Shown here one piece after another: positions 28,809 to 38,853 of a DNA stretch of 64,000 bases; the stretch's first letter is position 1; each line of letters opens with the position of its first letter. The notes beneath the pieces are model-generated. The model saw nothing but the letters and a program-made list of their open reading frames with translations. It was not told the DNA's origin and searched no databases. Position numbers and translations under genes: made by a program. This stretch comes from Planctomycetales bacterium (GTDB lineage Bacteria > 4484-113). The stretch spans positions 43,679-107,678 of the forward strand of contig JBBIRS010000007.1 in assembly GCA_037441675.1 (NCBI GenBank), written 5' to 3'.

Positions 28809-30293
28809 GTGCTCCTTGGGATTACTCTTATCTTGGTAATTGCGCTAATAGTATTAGTTTTATTTCTCTTCAAGCCCCCTACCGCTCTTGTCTTGCCCAT
28901 TGGCGCTATTCTAATTGCAGTTATCGCACTTCTTGGTAGCATAATTGATGGTAATGTCCATTACGCGCTCTCCACCATTCTAAGCAAGGTCATCGGCGGA
29001 GGGATGGGAAGGCTCTTTGTGCCAATCATCGCGGTGTTTCTCGGAGCGGTTATTGCTCAGCAGGTTACAGACGCGGGTATCACTTCAAAAATTCTCGCCT
29101 ATGGAGCGGAATTCGCGGGGGAATCCGTCTTCTTCTTGACTGTGACACTATTCGTCATTACCGCGCTTTTATTTACTAACATCGGCGGTCTTGGCGCGGT
29201 TATTATGGTCGCAAGCACAATTGTGCCTCTGATGCTCGCAATCGGCTTGGACAGGTTGACCGCAGGCGGGGTTTTCCTTCTTGGACTTTCCCTCGGCGGA
29301 ATCCTCAATCCCGTTAACTGGCAATTCTACATTAGCATTCTCGAGCTTGAAGTTTCAGAAATTATTCCTTTCGCACTCGCCTTGTCAGGAGCTTTCTTTG
29401 CGGTATCAATACTATTCATCCTCTTGAGAATAATAAGAACCGTAGGCTTAAAGCAGGCTGAGCTATTTTGGCTATTGGGAATTTCCGCGGTGGCGCTTCT
29501 TTTGGGATGGCTATCTTTCACATCTTCAAGCTTTACTCTGGCTCTTAAGACGCTCCTATTTTATACGCTTGTTAGTGGACTTACGCTTCTTCTACTTGGG
29601 TTAGCGATTAGATTGATATCCCGCGGAAAAGTGCTTCCCGGAAGGGTTAATGTCATCTCGGTTTTTGCGCTACTTTTTCCAGTGTTGCTCATTCTTACTG
29701 TCAATCTGGGAAACTATTTAGTAGCTGGAGCGGGCAGAGAAGCTTTCTCTTTGGACATAATCTCCGCGCTATTTCTTGGAGTAATATTTGCGCACCTGAG
29801 CACGCTAAAGTTCGCCGGTGGCGAGACAAACAGGCTTATGAAGGCGCTTTACGACGGCTTCAAAATGGCAGTGCCCGCTATTCTTCTCCTTTTTGGAATT
29901 GGGATGCTACTGGAGGCTACCACACTTTCGGAAGTTAGTAGCGCAATGCATCCGCTGATTCAGTCTCTTGTTCCGCGAAACTCTTTCGCTTACGTTGCCA
30001 TCTTCAGCATTCTTTCACCCCTTGCGCTTTATCGTGGGCCCTTAAATCTCTATGGGATGGGAAGTGGAATTATGGGGCTTATACTTAAAACAGGCGCTCT
30101 GTCTCCACAGCTTCTTATGGGCGCTTTTTTCTCAGTTGGTATGATGCAGGGCGTTTGCGACCCAACTAACACGCATAACGCATGGCTCGCGGGATTCCTC
30201 GGCGTTCGTGTGACTGACTTGACAAGGGTGACGATTCTATTCGTTTTTGTGATTGTTCTTCTCGGACTTGTGATTGCTCAGGCAGTTTTTTAA
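28809..30293 (+). CDS. Polytopic membrane transporter (ion-transporter superfamily, GntP/NhaC/DcuC-like; family unresolved)
   Basis: 494 aa with at least 10 predicted transmembrane helices. GTG start. Family assignment is not possible by eye. Confidence 0.55.
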   Translation: MLLGITLILVIALIVLVLFLFKPPTALVLPIGAILIAVIALLGSIIDGNVHYALSTILSKVIGGGMGRLFVPIIAVFLGAVIAQQVTDAGITSKILAYGAEFAGESVFFLTVTLFVITALLFTNIGGLGAVIMVASTIVPLMLAIGLDRLTAGGVFLLGLSLGGILNPVNWQFYISILELEVSEIIPFALALSGAFFAVSILFILLRIIRTVGLKQAELFWLLGISAVALLLGWLSFTSSSFTLALKTLLFYTLVSGLTLLLLGLAIRLISRGKVLPGRVNVISVFALLFPVLLILTVNLGNYLVAGAGREAFSLDIISALFLGVIFAHLSTLKFAGGETNRLMKALYDGFKMAVPAILLLFGIGMLLEATTLSEVSSAMHPLIQSLVPRNSFAYVAIFSILSPLALYRGPLNLYGMGSGIMGLILKTGALSPQLLMGAFFSVGMMQGVCDPTNTHNAWLAGFLGVRVTDLTRVTILFVFVIVLLGLVIAQAVF

Positions 30294-30402
30294 CGGAGGG
30301 GAGACATAAACGGGCAAATTGATCCGCGCGGGGAATAGAGAAAAAAGCGCAAGTTATGAGAGAAGATTTTAGAAGGAACGCCAGGGAGAGATGGTGGGGG
30401 AA

Positions 30403-30430
30403 CGACACGCCAGGAGACGGGCGTGATATA
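30403..30430. repeat. Fragment of the interspersed repeat (module with GACACGCCnGGnGACGGGCGTGATA)
   Basis: 26 of 31 nt identical to 6222-6252, including the imperfect CACGCC...GGCGTG hairpin. Confidence 0.4.
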
Positions 30431-30494
30431 AGAAAATTATCAGAGGTTAAGGATTAGCCCAAAGCCGCAAGCGCCCCTGATGGAGTGTGAATTA

Positions 30495-30525
30495 TTGACA
30501 CATCATACTCAGTTTTTGGTATATT
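30495..30525 (+). promoter_or_regulatory. Candidate promoter for tRNA-Gly: TTGACA-N19-TATATT
   Basis: TTGACA at 30495-30500 and TATATT at 30520-30525. Followed by a 7-bp hairpin AGGCTAA-TAAA-TTAGCCT at 30541-30563. Confidence 0.3.
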
Positions 30526-30574
30526 TATATTTAATATAGCCAGAGGCTAATAAATTAGCCTTAAGCTCATAATT

Positions 30575-30646
30575 GCGGAAGTAGTTCAGTGGTAGAACAC
30601 CACCTTGCCAAGGTGGGAGTCGCGGGTTCGAATCCCGTCTTCCGCT
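30575..30646 (+). tRNA. tRNA-Gly (anticodon GCC)
   Basis: GCGGAAG/CTTCCGC acceptor stem. D-arm AGTTCAGTGGTAGAAC. Anticodon loop CTTGCCAAG. T-arm GGTTCGAATCC. Discriminator U, followed by a T6 run. Confidence 0.9.
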
Positions 30647-30697
30647 TTTTTCATGTTTTCAATTCCTATCTATTATCCTGGTAGAATAACGCTCATC

Positions 30698-30904
30698 ATG
30701 CGAAAGAAGATTCTTCCTAGTGATGATGAAATCCTTGAGCGAACAGGGAAATCAATTGCGGAGTGGTTCAGCCTTATAGAGGAAGCTGGTTTCCTTGACA
30801 AGAAACATGGCGAGATTGTTGAATGGCTACTGGATGAACAAAAACTTCCACTCTTTTACGCTAATGCCATCGGACATAAACTTGAAGAGAAGCGTCAAAG
30901 TTAG
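30698..30904 (+). CDS. Small DUF4287-like protein
   Basis: The six-frame ORF (30605-) overlaps the tRNA. The first plausible start is the ATG at 30698 (MRKKILPSDDEILERTGKS...). Confidence 0.4.
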   Translation: MRKKILPSDDEILERTGKSIAEWFSLIEEAGFLDKKHGEIVEWLLDEQKLPLFYANAIGHKLEEKRQS

Positions 30905-30931
30905 AAAAGCTGAAGAATTTGCGAAGAAGCT

Positions 30932-32275
30932 TTATTTTACAAGCTCAATTTGGGCTATTCTTAATTGACACTCAAGGGATTTGGAGAAACTAACGGGGTA
31001 AGGCTTAGCTTTAGAAAGTATCAGAAGCCTCTTGGGAAGTTTACTCATACTACTTCTGACCCTATCTCTAATTTTTTCTAAGGGCTCCTTAGCTCTTATT
31101 CTTTTTCCACGCTTAAACACTTGCACCATTTGCGGGAATGGATGACCGGGCAGTTTTTCATTCTCAATTCCAATGACATCTCGCACAAATTTTCCGTTTC
31201 TTATATATCTAAAAGTCTGTTTTCTTCCTGGATAAAGTATCTTATCCGTGCTCAACTTTACTCTCCCAGAGACTTTGCCTTTTTTAATCACCTCAACAAG
31301 CTTGTAAACGCCATTAACCACCGGCTCGTCCACCGAAACGGTCATTCTAGTTCCCACGCCAAAAGCATCCGCTGGAGATTTGGCACGCAGTATCTCATCA
31401 ATTCGGTATTCATCTAAATCGCCGGAGAGAAAAATCGTAACGTGCTTTAACCCCGCATCATTCAGAATCTTCCTAACCTCTTTTGCTTGTTTGATCAAGT
31501 CACCTGAATCAATTCTTACGGATTTAAGGGATTCGCCGAGTTTTACCGCATTCTTTGCGCCCTGTATCGTGTCGTACGTATCTATCAGCATTACACCAGC
31601 AGTGGGAAGAGCGGAAATATTAGCTTGAAACGCTTCCAATTCGTTGTCAAAGGCTTGCACCCAGGAATGAGCGACAGTGCCGTAAACAGGAATTTTGAAC
31701 TCCTTGCCCGCTTCCAAGTTGGATGTGCCGACGCAACCTGCGATGTAACATGCCCTTGCGCCGAGCATCGCGGCTTGTGTGCCATGAGCCCGCCGAGAAC
31801 CAAACTCAACCACAGGTTTTCCACGTGCAACACTAACTACCCGCGCTGATTTGCTCGCAATGGCGGTAGAATGATTCACTGTCGCAAGAAGAGCGGTTTC
31901 AAGAAGTTGCGCTTCAATAATTGGAGCAGTGACCCTTATTATCGGTTCGCCGGGAAAAACGACTGTTCCCTCCGGGAGCGCCCATACATCCCCGCTAAAC
32001 TTTAGCTTCCTAAGAAATGTATAAAATTCATCTGGCAGAGGCTTGAAAACTGGTAGGCTTCTAAGGAATTCAACCTCATCATCCTGAAGGCGAAAGTTTT
32101 CAATAAATTCAAACGCCACTTCCTGACCACAGGAGATGAGATAATTTCTATTTTCGGGCATTCTACGGACGAAGAGCTCAAAGGTCGCCCACACGTCAGT
32201 CATCCCGTGAACGAAGTAACCTCCTGCCATTAGATATTCGTAAAGGTCAGTAGCTAGCGCACTAATTGAAACCAT
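30932..32275 (-). CDS. pncB: Nicotinate phosphoribosyltransferase
   Basis: 447 aa. NAPRTase family N- and C-domains (DLYEYLMAGGYF, GTxAHSW, IRIDSGD). Confidence 0.85.
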   Translation of the reverse strand: MVSISALATDLYEYLMAGGYFVHGMTDVWATFELFVRRMPENRNYLISCGQEVAFEFIENFRLQDDEVEFLRSLPVFKPLPDEFYTFLRKLKFSGDVWALPEGTVVFPGEPIIRVTAPIIEAQLLETALLATVNHSTAIASKSARVVSVARGKPVVEFGSRRAHGTQAAMLGARACYIAGCVGTSNLEAGKEFKIPVYGTVAHSWVQAFDNELEAFQANISALPTAGVMLIDTYDTIQGAKNAVKLGESLKSVRIDSGDLIKQAKEVRKILNDAGLKHVTIFLSGDLDEYRIDEILRAKSPADAFGVGTRMTVSVDEPVVNGVYKLVEVIKKGKVSGRVKLSTDKILYPGRKQTFRYIRNGKFVRDVIGIENEKLPGHPFPQMVQVFKRGKRIRAKEPLEKIRDRVRSSMSKLPKRLLILSKAKPYPVSFSKSLECQLRIAQIELVK

Positions 32276-32395
32276 TCCTTTCGCCTCTCATCATTCCGAA
32301 TTATAACTTAACGAGGGAATCAAGCTATAAACATTTAAGTTTTTTCCCAAGCAATAGATATAGACTAGAGTTAGCAAGGCTTACGGACTGGTAAA

Positions 32396-32986
32396 ATGTT
32401 ACTTGTGGTTAAACTCACGCTGTCAAGAGTGCATCCTATTGTCCTTCATTCATATCTGCAAGCTCTTTGGCGATACGACCCTGACGCGTTAAAGAATGTA
32501 TGCGATGAACTTAGAGTAAACCCTTCATCAATCTCCGCATTGGCAAAATCTGATAAAGCACTATCAGATTACCCCGTTAGATCGTTAATTTCAATTATTT
32601 TTTTGCATCCGAAGTTTGACGATATTTCACGACTGGCTGGCGATTTAGCAACTAGCGAATGTGGAGCCGATAAAAAGGGGGGAAACACTATTGAGATTCT
32701 TTCAGTTGCACTTTCCTCTTTGGTCAAGCTTTTACCATCCATCAAGTATGAGTTCGTGCGACTTCCCTCTCTTGGCTTACGAATTAAAGATTCTCCCTTT
32801 GTTATCAGCGAAAGCGCATCTCCGACCTGTGGTTTCATTTCAGGCTTTCTATCATCAATACTGGTGATGGCTAATGCTAGACAAAAGTGTGTATATGAAA
32901 CAATGTGCGTAAGCACCAACTTTGAGGCAAAGGAATGTCTTTTTGAAATAAGTAAGTCGCCAATAAGTTACTCAAAAGTAAAATGA
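32396..32986 (+). CDS. Hypothetical protein, possibly V4R-domain-like
   Basis: 196 aa. C-terminal CGFISGFLSSIL resembles the V4R Cys-Gly motif. Weak call. Confidence 0.35.
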   Translation: MLLVVKLTLSRVHPIVLHSYLQALWRYDPDALKNVCDELRVNPSSISALAKSDKALSDYPVRSLISIIFLHPKFDDISRLAGDLATSECGADKKGGNTIEILSVALSSLVKLLPSIKYEFVRLPSLGLRIKDSPFVISESASPTCGFISGFLSSILVMANARQKCVYETMCVSTNFEAKECLFEISKSPISYSKVK

Positions 32987-35034
32987 GAAGAGAATTAAAA
33001 TATTGTGGACTTTTATTTCTTCGCTTTCTTGCCTTCCTCCTTTCAATCTTTATATGGCAGGCTAGCGGTTGCGATATCGCCTCTGGTTCAAGAAGCCCGA
33101 TAATATCTGGCACAGTCAAACTAAGTTCAACAGAGGAACCATTAGAAGGAATACCTGTTGGAATTGTACCGTGGGAAGTGGGAAGGCGCTCCCTCGCCAC
33201 AGAATTGATTAAACCCTACAAGGTAACACGCACGGATAAGAATGGAAGTTTCAGCTTCTACCTCACTGGCAATTTAAGAAAGTCGCCATCGTTTCTTGTA
33301 TTTACCTATGATGAAGTTTATGAGAACCAAGCCTATGATGGCATAACTTTCTCCGGCGTTTACCCAACTAGAAAAGAAATAGATGGCAAGGCAAAACCTT
33401 ACTATCCCAATGAAACTGAGAAGGTAAATTTTTCACTTCAACCTGCGGTTAAGGTTGTTGATCCAGTACTTATACCAATGCGAGATGGGGCAAAACTTAG
33501 CGCGGTAATGTATATGCCGAAGCGGGATGGGAAATATCCGGTTATTTTACTGCGCACTCCGTATGGCAGGCACAGCAACCGTGAATACGCAAGCATTGCG
33601 CGTGAGGGCTATGTTATAGTGTCTCAGGATGTTCGGGGTCGGGGTGAGTCGGAAGGCGAAAATCTTGCTTTTGTCAATGATGCGTGGGGAGAGATTCAGG
33701 ATGGCTACGACACAGTTGAATGGCTTTCCAATCAACCATTCTCTAACGGAAATGTGGCAACTGCGGGAGGGTCAGCGCTCGGGATACTGCAGGAGTTAAT
33801 GGCAGGCGCACATCCTCCTCACTTGAAGGCGCAGGTTATTGCGGTGGCTGTCCCTAGCCTGTATCATTACGCGGTTTACCCTCAGGGCGTTTACCGTAAA
33901 GAACAGGTTGACGGTTGGTTAGAAAAGCATAAGTTTGACCCTAAAAACTTATCGCTTATGAGGCAACATCCGTTTTACGATGAGTTTTGGGCAAACTTAA
34001 ACTTGGAAACGAGAATAGAGGAGGTGGATGAGCCGAGCTTACTAATCGGCGGATGGTACGATACTTTTTTGGAGGGAACAATTGCGTCCTATAAACTCCG
34101 CACAAAGCTCGCAAAAAGGTCTGCCAGCGAGAATACCTATCTCATTATTGGTCCATGGACGCACGGAAATATCTTCAGTCAATTTGTCGGGGAGTTGAAA
34201 TTTCCAGCTGAAGCTGGCAGGACTTTCTTTGGCGAGATTCTTTCGTTTTTGAACTATTACCTCAAGGGTATTGAAAGCGTCTTTCCAAACAAAGCGCCGA
34301 AAGTTCAGTATTACGTAATGGGGGATCTAAGTGATCCAGGACAGCCTGGGAATTTTTGGATGAGCGCAAGCGATTTTCCACCTGAGGTAGAAATTGCCCG
34401 CCTTTTCCTTACAGGAGAAGGAAAACTTTCTCCACGCGAGCCAAATGAGGAGAGATCATACTCCAAAGTATCCTTTAATCCTGAAGAACCTGTTCCGACG
34501 GTGGGCGGGAGGAACTTGAATATTCCCGCAGGACCAGCAGATCAGCGACAGGTTGAGAAGAGAAGCGACGTTATACTTTGGACGAGCGATCTTTTGAAGG
34601 AGCCGTTACCCATCGTGGGCTTGGTCAGAGCTAGCATAAATCTCGCCACTGAAGGGAAGGATGCTGATATTAACGTCAGATTGACTGATGTCTATCCGGA
34701 TGGAACTTCATTTCTTATCCTTGATGAAAGTGCAAGATTATCGATGCCACCACCATACTCCAAGCCGAGAAAAATTGAGCCTGGAACTTTCTATCTGATT
34801 GATGTTAACCTTGGGCATATCGCTTACATCGTTAACAGGGAACATAGGCTGAGAATCGTGATTTCTGCAAGCAATTATCCTCGCTTTGAAGTTAACAAGT
34901 CTGCAAGCGAGAGCGGTGGTCTTTTAAATATTTTTCTCTCGGTGGGAAAAGATAAACCATCATACATTGACCTGCCAATCTACGAGCGTGTTCTTGAGAA
35001 ATTTGAAGAGCTTAGAGGAAAGAAAGATGAATGA
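32983..35034 (+). CDS. CocE/NonD-family hydrolase (Xaa-Pro dipeptidyl-peptidase-like) with N-terminal carboxypeptidase-regulatory-like domain
   Basis: 683 aa. Signal peptide. PVILLRTPYGRH and the alpha/beta-hydrolase core. C-terminal beta-sandwich. Confidence 0.8.
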   Translation: MRRELKYCGLLFLRFLAFLLSIFIWQASGCDIASGSRSPIISGTVKLSSTEEPLEGIPVGIVPWEVGRRSLATELIKPYKVTRTDKNGSFSFYLTGNLRKSPSFLVFTYDEVYENQAYDGITFSGVYPTRKEIDGKAKPYYPNETEKVNFSLQPAVKVVDPVLIPMRDGAKLSAVMYMPKRDGKYPVILLRTPYGRHSNREYASIAREGYVIVSQDVRGRGESEGENLAFVNDAWGEIQDGYDTVEWLSNQPFSNGNVATAGGSALGILQELMAGAHPPHLKAQVIAVAVPSLYHYAVYPQGVYRKEQVDGWLEKHKFDPKNLSLMRQHPFYDEFWANLNLETRIEEVDEPSLLIGGWYDTFLEGTIASYKLRTKLAKRSASENTYLIIGPWTHGNIFSQFVGELKFPAEAGRTFFGEILSFLNYYLKGIESVFPNKAPKVQYYVMGDLSDPGQPGNFWMSASDFPPEVEIARLFLTGEGKLSPREPNEERSYSKVSFNPEEPVPTVGGRNLNIPAGPADQRQVEKRSDVILWTSDLLKEPLPIVGLVRASINLATEGKDADINVRLTDVYPDGTSFLILDESARLSMPPPYSKPRKIEPGTFYLIDVNLGHIAYIVNREHRLRIVISASNYPRFEVNKSASESGGLLNIFLSVGKDKPSYIDLPIYERVLEKFEELRGKKDE

Positions 35035-37240
35035 AGAAGTAGAAAAAATCCTATTCGGGTGCGATAAAACGAAATTCATAGTGGGCATTGACTATGATGA
35101 AAGGACAAGCGAGGCAAACACTTTTATTAAGTCAGAAAATAAATTGATAGCACAGAAGGAGAAGTTTTTTCCATTCCTTTTGGTAAATTCGGAGAAGTCT
35201 ATTGAGCTTGCGGGCGTTCCAAAAGGAACTTTCCATCTTGAGGGCTTGCATGGCGATGATACATTTAAGCTACTCCTTCGCTTTGAGAATGTGAAGCATT
35301 ACGAGGAGGCTTTATCAAAGCTATCCGCCTACTACCGCAAGGAGAAGGATAACTTAACTGAAGAGCCATACCTGAATGTTGGCGACATAGCTCATCAGTA
35401 TATGCTCCTTTCAGGAAAGACGCACTATCTTGGAATGGAGTGGGATGATATCAGCGAGCTTGACGTTGCAATTCGCTTGAATGTAAGTAGTGAGTTGGCA
35501 AATCCTATGAACCTGGAGCAGGCGATTATTGTTTTCGGAATGAGGCTAGGAAACAAAGAAATAATTCTTGATCTGGATAATTTTAGCGAGCCTGAGATGA
35601 TACGAGAGTTCGTGAAGATTGTGGAGGAGTATGACCCGGATGTTATCTGCGGGCATAATTTATTCAAGTTCACGCTAAATTTCATAGCGGAGCGCGCTAA
35701 GCGATACAAGATTCCCCTTAAGCTTGGTCGCGGTGGTAGGGTCGCAGTAAGCGAGCGTTATCGTATGCCACTTGCGGAACGCAGACTTGAGTTTCCACGC
35801 ATTCGTGCCTTCGGAAGAAGTCTCATTGATTCATGGATACTTGTGCAAACTTACGATATCTTCAAGCGGGAAATGGACAACTACGAACTTGCCTACTGCG
35901 CTGAGTATTTGGGAATTAGGAATAGTATGCGCACTCCATTCACAGGTTCACTTATAGGAGACTCTTATACACAGCACCTGCCTAAACTCAAGGAGGATGT
36001 GGCTAAAGACTTGATAGACACAGCTCAAGTAGTGCGAACTTTAATTCCTACATTTTTCTACTTCTGCCAGATGCTTCCCTACACATTGGAAGAAACGGTC
36101 ATCCGCGGAAACGCCACAAAGATAAACAGCTTGTTTCTAAGGGAGTATTTGCGAAGGGGTGAATCTATTCCAGCTCCGATGGAGGCTCGCTGGTTCCCCG
36201 GCGGATTTACCGAGATTAGGAAAACAGGCGTGATTCGGCCAGTAATTAGCGCAGACGTTGCTAGCCTTTATCCGTCTTTGATACTAACGCACAAACTATT
36301 CCCAAAAGCGGATAGGCTTGGTCTATTTGAGAAAATCTTGAAGGAGTTGTTAGCCTTTCGCCTTGAAATTAAGGCTAAACTGAAGAAAATAAAATCTGAA
36401 GATAGCGAGTTTTATCGCCTTGAGGCGCGCCAGGGAACATTTAAGATAATCATCAATAGCTTCTACGGGTATCTTGGAACCGATAGGATGAACTTTGCGG
36501 ACATTGATTCAGCGGAAAGAGTTACCGCCTTGGGACAGGAAGCCGTGAAGGGCATGGCTAAAATAATTGAGAATCTAGGCGCTGAAATCGTTGAGATTGA
36601 CACGGATGGCATTTACCTGCGTCCGCCTGAGAAATTCATCGAAACTAACAATTACGAAGAGTTTATTGAGCTTATCAATATGGAAATGCCAGAAGGTATC
36701 ACAGTTGAGCTTGGCGGCGTTTATCCCGCGATGCTTTCGTACAAAGTCAAAAATTACGCTCTTCTTGCGGAAGATTCTCGCGTGATAATAAAGGGCAGTG
36801 GATTAAAGTCCCGCGGGCTTGAGCCTTACTTGAGAATGTTTATTGAATCCGCAGTTAGGCTCGTTCTTTTTGGTAAAGGGGGTGAGATTGATCAGCTTTA
36901 TGAAGATTTCCGCAAACGACTGCGCGAAGGCGTTTTTTCGGTTTTTGAGCTTGCGAAGACCGAAACGCTTGTTGACAGTATTGAGACCTATGAGCGGAAA
37001 ATCAAGACAACACGTAGAAATAGACAGGCTCAATATGAGGTCGCAAAACGAGCTTGTGTGCCAATGAAGCCGGGCGATTTTGTTACTTACTACATCACCG
37101 GAGATAGCCCGAAGGTCAAAGCCTATGAGGTCGCTAGGCATATAAACGAATTTAACCCCGAGATGCCTGATATCAACATAGCCTTCTATGAAAAACGGCT
37201 TGCGGAGACGTATAAGCGGGTAAAAGAGTTTGTGAGCTGA
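35027..37240 (+). CDS. polB: Family B DNA polymerase (Pol II-like) with apparently degenerate 3'-5' exonuclease motifs
   Basis: ATG at 35027 overlaps the stop of the upstream hydrolase gene by 8 nt. Polymerase motif A DVASLYPSLI, motif B KIIINSFYGYLG and motif C EIDTDGIY are present. Candidate Exo I (LDLDN), Exo II (HNLFKFT) and Exo III lack the canonical D/E residues. Confidence 0.85.
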   Translation: MNEEVEKILFGCDKTKFIVGIDYDERTSEANTFIKSENKLIAQKEKFFPFLLVNSEKSIELAGVPKGTFHLEGLHGDDTFKLLLRFENVKHYEEALSKLSAYYRKEKDNLTEEPYLNVGDIAHQYMLLSGKTHYLGMEWDDISELDVAIRLNVSSELANPMNLEQAIIVFGMRLGNKEIILDLDNFSEPEMIREFVKIVEEYDPDVICGHNLFKFTLNFIAERAKRYKIPLKLGRGGRVAVSERYRMPLAERRLEFPRIRAFGRSLIDSWILVQTYDIFKREMDNYELAYCAEYLGIRNSMRTPFTGSLIGDSYTQHLPKLKEDVAKDLIDTAQVVRTLIPTFFYFCQMLPYTLEETVIRGNATKINSLFLREYLRRGESIPAPMEARWFPGGFTEIRKTGVIRPVISADVASLYPSLILTHKLFPKADRLGLFEKILKELLAFRLEIKAKLKKIKSEDSEFYRLEARQGTFKIIINSFYGYLGTDRMNFADIDSAERVTALGQEAVKGMAKIIENLGAEIVEIDTDGIYLRPPEKFIETNNYEEFIELINMEMPEGITVELGGVYPAMLSYKVKNYALLAEDSRVIIKGSGLKSRGLEPYLRMFIESAVRLVLFGKGGEIDQLYEDFRKRLREGVFSVFELAKTETLVDSIETYERKIKTTRRNRQAQYEVAKRACVPMKPGDFVTYYITGDSPKVKAYEVARHINEFNPEMPDINIAFYEKRLAETYKRVKEFVS

Positions 37241-37359
37241 GAGATGGGGGAAATGGGCGGTTTCGCGAAAGTCTGAGAGATGGAGCAAACGACGTAAGCA
37301 AGCTCGCCGACCTAAAAGGGCGGGCATACGATAGTTTTTATGTGAGCAGGGAATCGTTG

Positions 37360-38844
37360 TTAAAGAGTTATTCTTGGCTTGATGGCGATAATCGTTACAT
37401 TGTCACTACCGCCCGCCTCTAACGCGGTGGAAAAATATGCGCTCGCAAGTTCTTGTGCGGTTTCGCAGGTTTGCGTAATTTCTGCGAGCACACTTGGATG
37501 CACCAAGTCCGTAAGCCCATCGCTTGCTATAAGGAGAAATGAGTCAAGGGGTATTCGCAACTCAAACACGTCAGGTTTTATGTCATTTCCCGTTCCAATT
37601 GCCTGGCTAACGATGTTTTTCTGCGGATGGTGGAATGCTTCCTCATCGCTTATTTTGCCCAAGTCCACCAGCTCTTGAACGAGACTATGGTCTTTGGTAA
37701 GCGGAGCGTATCCGCCAAAGCCTACCTTGAACGTTCTTGAATCACCGACATTAAAGACAAAAGCGTCGATATCAAAAAGTGGTACTCCCGCTTCCATATC
37801 TCCGTCATAGCAAAGGAAGATGCCAGTAAGGGTGGTGCCCATATCGTAAAGTTCCGGGACTTTCTGGGAAATGGTGGTAACCTCTTCGTTTACAAATCTT
37901 ATGTGCTGAGCCATTACTTCCGTTAACTTTCGCATCCTACCATCTTCTAATCCACTCGATAGAACCCAGAATGGAGAGTAGCACCTCAAAACCTCAAGAG
38001 AAAGCGCCGATGCCACTTCTCCGGCGTTGTGACCACCCATTCCATCCGCAACTGCTAATAACGAGAATGACTTTCCCGCGCCAAGAATGGAACTTGTTTC
38101 AACTAGAAGGGAATCTTCATTATTCTTTCTAACCTTCCCAACATGCGTAAGTTTCGCTATTTCAAAGGTACAACGGAGATTGGAGAGAAGCTCACCGGCT
38201 TTCTCGGGATTTTCGTAACAGTCCTCAAAAACTTCTTCGCATACTTGATAATTATCTCCAAAAGCTTTCGCTTCGGAAATTCTTCGTTCAACCTCTTTTG
38301 CAAAAAACTCGGAAATTATTCGGACCAACTCATAACTCTTCGCCTGAACCTCCACTAGATTCTCCAGTGAGTAAAATCTAAGCGCACTTTTCTTGTGACC
38401 TTTGATGCCAGTTGGATTAACATCCTTTAAGAAGAGTTTATTTATGTCTAGACTTTCAAAGCCCAAGCTTGCTTGAGCGAAAAGCTTTTCCTCAAGTTCA
38501 ACTGTGAACTTTAAGATTGCCAGCATATCCGCAAGAGAAATTTCCTGAAGAGCGTTAATGAGCTTAGAATCAAAGTCTTCCGCGATGAAGCCTATTTCAT
38601 CAAGCAGAAGCTCTTCTACGCCTGGAAGCAGATTGAGAGCATAATTTAGCCTTTTCTCAAGCTCGTTTTGCTTCAAGGTCAAAGCCTTACCTGCAAGCCA
38701 TTTGACAAAACTTCTTTCACCTAGTCTAAATCTTGAGAGTCTCCCGCAATCCTCATCATAAATTATCTCCTCAGCTTGATGCGCTTCGTGGACTTCAACT
38801 TTAAGGAAGGGATCAGTCTTATCAATATCCTTTTTTCTTTTCAT
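37360..38844 (-). CDS. PP2C-family Ser/Thr phosphatase with a roughly 230-aa N-terminal domain of unknown function
   Basis: 494 aa. C-terminal PP2C metal-binding motifs (AVADGMGGH, ASDGLTD, GGSDNVT). Confidence 0.75.
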   Translation of the reverse strand: MKRKKDIDKTDPFLKVEVHEAHQAEEIIYDEDCGRLSRFRLGERSFVKWLAGKALTLKQNELEKRLNYALNLLPGVEELLLDEIGFIAEDFDSKLINALQEISLADMLAILKFTVELEEKLFAQASLGFESLDINKLFLKDVNPTGIKGHKKSALRFYSLENLVEVQAKSYELVRIISEFFAKEVERRISEAKAFGDNYQVCEEVFEDCYENPEKAGELLSNLRCTFEIAKLTHVGKVRKNNEDSLLVETSSILGAGKSFSLLAVADGMGGHNAGEVASALSLEVLRCYSPFWVLSSGLEDGRMRKLTEVMAQHIRFVNEEVTTISQKVPELYDMGTTLTGIFLCYDGDMEAGVPLFDIDAFVFNVGDSRTFKVGFGGYAPLTKDHSLVQELVDLGKISDEEAFHHPQKNIVSQAIGTGNDIKPDVFELRIPLDSFLLIASDGLTDLVHPSVLAEITQTCETAQELASAYFSTALEAGGSDNVTIIAIKPRITL

Positions 38845-38853
38845 CCTGTTAGC

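Noticed and set aside
30605-30697. 5' extension of the small ORF into tRNA-Gly
   Set aside because: The extension overlaps the tRNA. Only the portion from the ATG at 30698 is plausible.
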